Below are positions 26,729 through 32,000 of a stretch of DNA of 32,000 nucleotides, piece by piece (position 1 is the first letter of the stretch; the number at the start of each line of letters is the position of its first letter). The notes under the pieces were generated by a model. That model searched no databases. It saw only the letters and a list, made by a program, of their open reading frames with translations, and was not told where the DNA came from. The stretch covers positions 317,827 through 349,826 of the forward strand of contig NZ_BAXZ01000005.1 of assembly GCF_000684975.1 (NCBI RefSeq), in the 5' to 3' direction. The translations under genes and the position numbers were made by a program. The stretch comes from Paraburkholderia acidipaludis NBRC 101816. Its GTDB lineage: Bacteria; Pseudomonadota; Gammaproteobacteria; Burkholderiales; Burkholderiaceae.

Positions 26729-28051
26729 ATGATGGAAGCCGTCCTCCATGAAGGCGGCTTCGGCCGGATCCCCATGTTTCGCATTCCCTACCGTGAGGCG
26801 GCGCGCCGTGCGTGCTCGTCCGCGCAAACTACGGCCGGCGGTGGCGGTATCGCTCGCCCGAACGCCCCCGCATCGCTTGCCGCTGCCGACGACGCGCCCG
26901 CGGTACGACTCCTCGCCGACACGCTGCGCGAAGCCGCACGACGCAATGCGTCCGATCTCCACGTCGAGCCGCTCGAGCACGGCTGGCGTATCCGGCTGCG
27001 CATCGACGGCGTGCTGCATGAAGCGGCCCGGCCACCCGCCCATTTGCGCGACGCGTTCATCACACGCGTCAAGGTGCTCGCGCGCATGGACATTGCCGAA
27101 AGACGCATTCCGCTCGATGGACGGCTGCGGCTCGCGCCGCCCGGTTCGGCACAGGCCGCCGAGGACTATCGCGTGAATTCGCTCCCCACGCTCTTCGGCG
27201 AGAAGCTCGTGCTGCGCCGGCTCGAAGCCTTGCCCGCGAATCTCTCGCTGGCCGCGCTCGGGCTAGACGAGCTGCAGCGGCAAGCGGTTGCCGAGGCGAT
27301 CGGCGCGCCGCACGGCCTCGTGCTCGTCACCGGTCCGACCGGCAGCGGCAAGACGCTCTCGCTCTACTGCTTCCTGCAGAAGCTCAACAACGATTCGTGC
27401 AATCTGTGCTCGGTCGAAGACCCCGCCGAAATCCAGCTCGCGGGCATCAACCAGGTCAACGTGCGCGAAAAAGCGGGACTCACCTTCGCGGTCGCGTTGC
27501 GCGCGCTGCTGCGCCAGGATCCGGACGTCATCATGATCGGCGAGATCCGCGACGAGGAAACCGCCAGCGTTGCCGTGAAGGCGGCGCAGACGGGCCACCT
27601 CGTGCTTTCCACCCTGCATACCAACGACGCGCCCGCCGCCGCGGCGCGGCTGATCGATATCGGCGTCGAGCCTTATAACCTCGCCGGTGCCGTGAGGCTC
27701 GTCACGGCGCAGCGGCTCGTGCGCAAGCTCTGTGCTCAGTGCCGCACGAGCGCCCGCGAATCGGCCGCCACGCTGCGCGCCGCCGGGCTGGACGCCAACG
27801 AGGAAACCTGGACAGCACGCGGCTGCGAAGCGTGTCACGGCATCGGGTATCGCGGGCGCATCGGGATTCATGAGGTGATGCCCGTGTCGGAGGGACTGCG
27901 AGACCTGATCGCCGCGAAGCAGGGTGCGCGAGCCATCGCTCGACAGGCGCGCGCGGAAGGTGTCGCGACGCTGCGCGATGCCGCGCTCGCACGCGTGCGC
28001 GACGGCACGACGAGCCTCGCCGAAGCGCTCGCCGCGACAGATACGCCATGA
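26729..28051 (+). CDS. pilB: GspE/PilB-family type IV pilus / T2SS assembly ATPase (short form)
   Basis: Track ORF starts at 26417 inside corC. The first plausible start is the ATGATG at 26729. Walker A GPTGSGKT, Walker B DPDVIMIGEIRD, His box TGHLVLSTLHTN, and a tetracysteine CAQC...CEAC. Confidence 0.85.
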   Translation: MMEAVLHEGGFGRIPMFRIPYREAARRACSSAQTTAGGGGIARPNAPASLAAADDAPAVRLLADTLREAARRNASDLHVEPLEHGWRIRLRIDGVLHEAARPPAHLRDAFITRVKVLARMDIAERRIPLDGRLRLAPPGSAQAAEDYRVNSLPTLFGEKLVLRRLEALPANLSLAALGLDELQRQAVAEAIGAPHGLVLVTGPTGSGKTLSLYCFLQKLNNDSCNLCSVEDPAEIQLAGINQVNVREKAGLTFAVALRALLRQDPDVIMIGEIRDEETASVAVKAAQTGHLVLSTLHTNDAPAAAARLIDIGVEPYNLAGAVRLVTAQRLVRKLCAQCRTSARESAATLRAAGLDANEETWTARGCEACHGIGYRGRIGIHEVMPVSEGLRDLIAAKQGARAIARQARAEGVATLRDAALARVRDGTTSLAEALAATDTP

Positions 28052-29274
28052 CGCCCGCGCGCGAGGGTCACGCCCAGCCGCCGGCCGAGTGGTGCTACAC
28101 GTGGCAAGGCTTCGATGCTTCGGGCAGGCCGCGGCGCGGCGCGCTGATCGCAGTCGATGTGGCCGCCGCCCGGTACGCGCTCAAACGCGAACGCATCGCC
28201 GTCACGGCACTTGCGCAGCGGCGGGCCGCGCCGCGCCCGCGAGCGAGCCATGCCGACGTCACGCGCTTCACGCGCCAGTTATCGAGCCTGCAGCGCGCTG
28301 GCCTGCCGCTCGCGCCGTCGCTCGAACTGCTCGCGCAATCGCCCGGCCCTGGCGGCATGCCGCGTATCGCCGGGGCGCTCGCACGCGATATCACCGCCGG
28401 CATGCGCTTCTCCGATTCGCTCGCACGCCACCCTGCCCGCTTCGGCGTGCTCTACTGCCAGCTCGTCGCGGTTGGCGAGGCCTCCGGCACACTCGCCGCC
28501 GTCCTCGGGCGCATCGCCGACGACCGTGAGCGCGCCGCCGCGCAGCGTTCGAAGGTACGCGCGGCCCTCACCTATCCGGTTGCCGTCCTTTTGCTGGCCG
28601 TGGCCATTACGGCAGCGTTGCTGGTCTGGGTCGTGCCCACCTTCAAGCAGATCTTCGACGGTTTCGGCGCTGCGCTGCCCGCGCCCACGTTGTTCGTCCT
28701 GATGCTCTCCGGCGCGGCGGCGCGCTGGAGCGTGCCCGTCGCGGCGTGCATCGCGGCGGGCGTTGCCGCGACGCACGCCGTGCTGCGCCGCTCGGCGCAA
28801 GCGCGTATCGCTTTTGGCCGCGCCGCCCTCAAGCTGCCGTTCGCCGGCCCGCTGCTCACGGCGCTGTGCGCAGCGCGCTGGAGCCGCGCGCTCGGCACCC
28901 TGCTCGCCGCGGGCACGCCGCTCGCCGACGCGTTCGATTCGCTCGCCCACGCCAGCGGCAACGCCTTCTTCGATCACGCGAGCGCGGGCATCAGCGCGCG
29001 TTTGAGGCGCGGCGAGCGGCTTGCCTCCGCGATGCGCGCCACGGGCTGCTTTCCCGCCGACGTCGTCCAGCCCGTGGCCGTTGCAGAGGAGTCCGGCGCA
29101 CTCGACGCCATGCTGCTCGACGTCGCCTCGCTCGCCGACCGTCAGGTCGACGAAAAGATCGGCCTGCTTTCGAGTCTGTGCGAGCCGCTCGTAATCGTCG
29201 TGCTCGGCGCGCTGGTCGGCGGACTCGTGGTGGCGATGTATCTTCCCATCATTCAACTGGGCAACGTGGTGTAG
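28048..29274 (+). CDS. pilC: Type IV pilus / T2SS platform protein (GspF/PilC family)
   Basis: 408 aa with two T2SSF repeats and three TM segments. The ATGA overlap with the pilB stop indicates coupling. Confidence 0.88.
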   Translation: MTPAREGHAQPPAEWCYTWQGFDASGRPRRGALIAVDVAAARYALKRERIAVTALAQRRAAPRPRASHADVTRFTRQLSSLQRAGLPLAPSLELLAQSPGPGGMPRIAGALARDITAGMRFSDSLARHPARFGVLYCQLVAVGEASGTLAAVLGRIADDRERAAAQRSKVRAALTYPVAVLLLAVAITAALLVWVVPTFKQIFDGFGAALPAPTLFVLMLSGAAARWSVPVAACIAAGVAATHAVLRRSAQARIAFGRAALKLPFAGPLLTALCAARWSRALGTLLAAGTPLADAFDSLAHASGNAFFDHASAGISARLRRGERLASAMRATGCFPADVVQPVAVAEESGALDAMLLDVASLADRQVDEKIGLLSSLCEPLVIVVLGALVGGLVVAMYLPIIQLGNVV

Positions 29275-29301
29275 CATCGCTGCCAGATTCCCGTTCCGAC
29301 C

Positions 29302-30219
29302 ATGCCTCTTCATTTTCTGTCCGCTCCCGACCTCGCGGCCACCGGCCCCGCCAGCACCGTCGATGCCGCGCTCGTCACACTGCCGCCTGCCGTGCTGATG
29401 GGTTTTGCGATCGTGCTCGGGCTCGTCGTAGGCAGCTTCCTGAACGTGGTCGTGCACCGGCTGCCCATCATGGTGGAACGCGCATGGCGCGCGGACGCCG
29501 CCGAATCGTCGGGCCGACTCTTCGCTGACGACGGCCTGCCCGAACGCTACAACCTGTGGCTGCCGCGCAGCGCCTGCCCGCATTGCGGCCACGTGCTGCG
29601 CGCGTGGGAGAACATCCCCGTGCTTAGCTGGCTGGCGCTGCGCGGTCGCTGCTCGCGCTGCCACGCGCGCGTAAGTGCCCGCTATCCGCTCATCGAACTG
29701 GCCGGCGCCATCTGCGCGGCGCTCGCCCTGGCCGTGTTCGGCCCTTCCGGCAAAGCGTTGGCCGCGTTCGCGCTGTGCGCCGCGCTCATCGCCGCGAGCG
29801 CCATCGACCTCGAACATCAGATGCTCTACGACGAAATCACGCAGCCGCTGCTCTGGGCCGGGCTGATCGTGAATCTATGGGGCACGTTCGTTACGCTGCA
29901 CGAGGCCGTGATCGGCGCCGTGGCGGGCTATCTCGCGCTCTGGTGCGTGTACTGGCTGTTCCGGCTCCTGCGCGGCATCGAAGGAATGGGCTACGGCGAC
30001 TTCAAGCTACTCGCGGCGCTCGGCGCCTGGCTAGGCTGGAGCGCTTTGCCGCAGATCGTCGTGATCGCCGCCGTCGCTGGAGCCGCCGTCGGCCTCGCCG
30101 CCACCTGGAGCGGACGCATGCGCTTCGAGGAGCCCCTGCCGTTCGGCCCGTATCTCGCCGCGGGCGCGCTCGTCACGCTATTTGTGGGTACACCGTTCTA
30201 CTTCATGTGGGGGAGCTGA
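29302..30219 (+). CDS. pilD: Prepilin peptidase / N-methyltransferase (A24 family)
   Basis: 305 aa. Cys motifs CPHCGH...CSRCH, and the aspartic-protease region with GMGYGDFKLLAALGAWLG. Confidence 0.92.
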   Translation: MPLHFLSAPDLAATGPASTVDAALVTLPPAVLMGFAIVLGLVVGSFLNVVVHRLPIMVERAWRADAAESSGRLFADDGLPERYNLWLPRSACPHCGHVLRAWENIPVLSWLALRGRCSRCHARVSARYPLIELAGAICAALALAVFGPSGKALAAFALCAALIAASAIDLEHQMLYDEITQPLLWAGLIVNLWGTFVTLHEAVIGAVAGYLALWCVYWLFRLLRGIEGMGYGDFKLLAALGAWLGWSALPQIVVIAAVAGAAVGLAATWSGRMRFEEPLPFGPYLAAGALVTLFVGTPFYFMWGS

Positions 30220-30222
30220 TCG

Positions 30223-30840
30223 ATGTTTTCGGTCGGACTGACAGGCGGCATAGGCAGCGGCAAGTCCACGGTCGCCGACCTGTTCGCGGCGCGCGGCGTG
30301 CCGATCGTCGATACCGACGTGATCGCTCACCAGGTCACGGCGCCGCAAGGCGCCGCCATGGAAGCGATCCGCAAGCAATTCGGCCCTGAATTCGTCGCGC
30401 CCGACGGGTCGATGGACCGTGCCCGCATGCGCGCGCTCGTCTTCGGCGATGAGGCAGCCCGCAAGCGTCTCGAGGCGATCACGCATCCGCTCATCCGCTC
30501 GGAAACCGAACGCGAGTCGCTTGCCGCGAGCGGTCCGTACGTCATCGTCGTCGTGCCGCTGCTCGTCGAGTCCGGCACGTGGAAAGCGCGGGTCGACCGC
30601 GTGCTCGACGTCGACTGCAGCGTCGAGACGCAAATCGAACGCGTGATGCGCCGCAACGGCTTCACGCGCGAACAGGTGCTGGCCATCATTGCGCGCCAGG
30701 CCACGCGCGATGCGCGCCTTGCGGCTGCCGACGACGTCGTCGTCAACAACGGCGCCACGCTCGAATCGCTGGGCCGGGACGTGGACGCGCTGCACGCGCG
30801 CTACCTCGCACTCGCACAATCCGCCAGCACGCAAAGCTGA
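30223..30840 (+). CDS. coaE: Dephospho-CoA kinase
   Basis: 205 aa starting [17 protein letters not shown] (P-loop). Conserved position after pilD. Confidence 0.93.
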   Translation: MFSVGLTGGIGSGKSTVADLFAARGVPIVDTDVIAHQVTAPQGAAMEAIRKQFGPEFVAPDGSMDRARMRALVFGDEAARKRLEAITHPLIRSETERESLAASGPYVIVVVPLLVESGTWKARVDRVLDVDCSVETQIERVMRRNGFTREQVLAIIARQATRDARLAAADDVVVNNGATLESLGRDVDALHARYLALAQSASTQS

Positions 30841-30920
30841 ACGCCACGGCGCGTTGATTCAGGACAGAGCATGGAAGTGCCGCCGGCCGCTCCCCGGCGA
30901 GCCGTCGGCGTCACCGGTGA

Positions 30921-31766
<846 letters not shown>

Positions 31767-31852
31767 CGGCTCGAAGCGCAGATTTTTGCCAGCAGCGTTT
31801 TGCCAACCGTACCGGCGCCTCGCAGAGCGCGCCCGACTGACCGTTCAACCGC

Positions 31853-32000
31853 ATGACCACTGTCGTCAAATGTCCGACCTGCGGCAAGGATGTCCGCTGG
31901 GTACCGGAAAACCGCTTCCGCCCGTTCTGCTCGGAACGCTGCAAGCAGATGGATCTGGGCGCCTGGGCCGCCGAAAAGTACCGCATCGGCGGCAACGACG
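31853..32000 (+). CDS. yacG: DNA gyrase inhibitor YacG (zinc finger), 3' end cut by the window
   Basis: Hand-translated from the ATG at 31853: [47 protein letters not shown]. Pattern CxxC...CxxxC. No stop before position 32000. Confidence 0.85.
   Translation, partial: MTTVVKCPTCGKDVRWVPENRFRPFCSERCKQMDLGAWAAEKYRIGGND

Overview
High-GC, Burkholderia-like betaproteobacterial chromosome; the taxon is inferred only from composition and gene order. The conserved housekeeping backbone reads ypjD-like/ffh, PRTase, marC-family, proS, rppH, lipoprotein, proB, obgE, rpmA, rplU, ispB, then corC-like, pilB/pilC/pilD, coaE, zapD, yacG. It is interrupted by a ~13.6 kb, visibly AT-richer genomic island (about 11497..25135) inserted in a tRNA-Pro(CGG) gene.

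The island is bounded by a perfect 45-nt direct repeat. Unusually, that repeat corresponds to the 5' half of the tRNA. A chimeric pseudo-tRNA sits next to the integrase at the left end, and the intact tRNA sits at the far right end behind an island-borne sigma70-like promoter.

Island cargo:
- a P4-like tyrosine integrase
- two unrecognisable AT-rich ORFs
- a convergent pair of paralogous winged-helix-like proteins
- an XRE regulator
- a 963-aa NB-ARC/STAND NTPase with an N-terminal HEPN-like Rx4H motif, a TPR region and a possible cold-shock-like C-terminus; this is the best candidate for a novel NLR-like conflict/defence system
- an upstream same-strand trio of a 193-aa core-only tyrosine recombinase, an 81-aa protein and a Cys-rich zinc-ribbon-like miniprotein
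- a minimal HUH endonuclease
- a PD-(D/E)xK-like nuclease
- a single-pass membrane protein

No CRISPR array, rRNA or IS element was seen. Small hand-located features (hairpins, repeats, promoter) may be off by 1-2 nt. All family assignments come from motifs I could read, not from searches.
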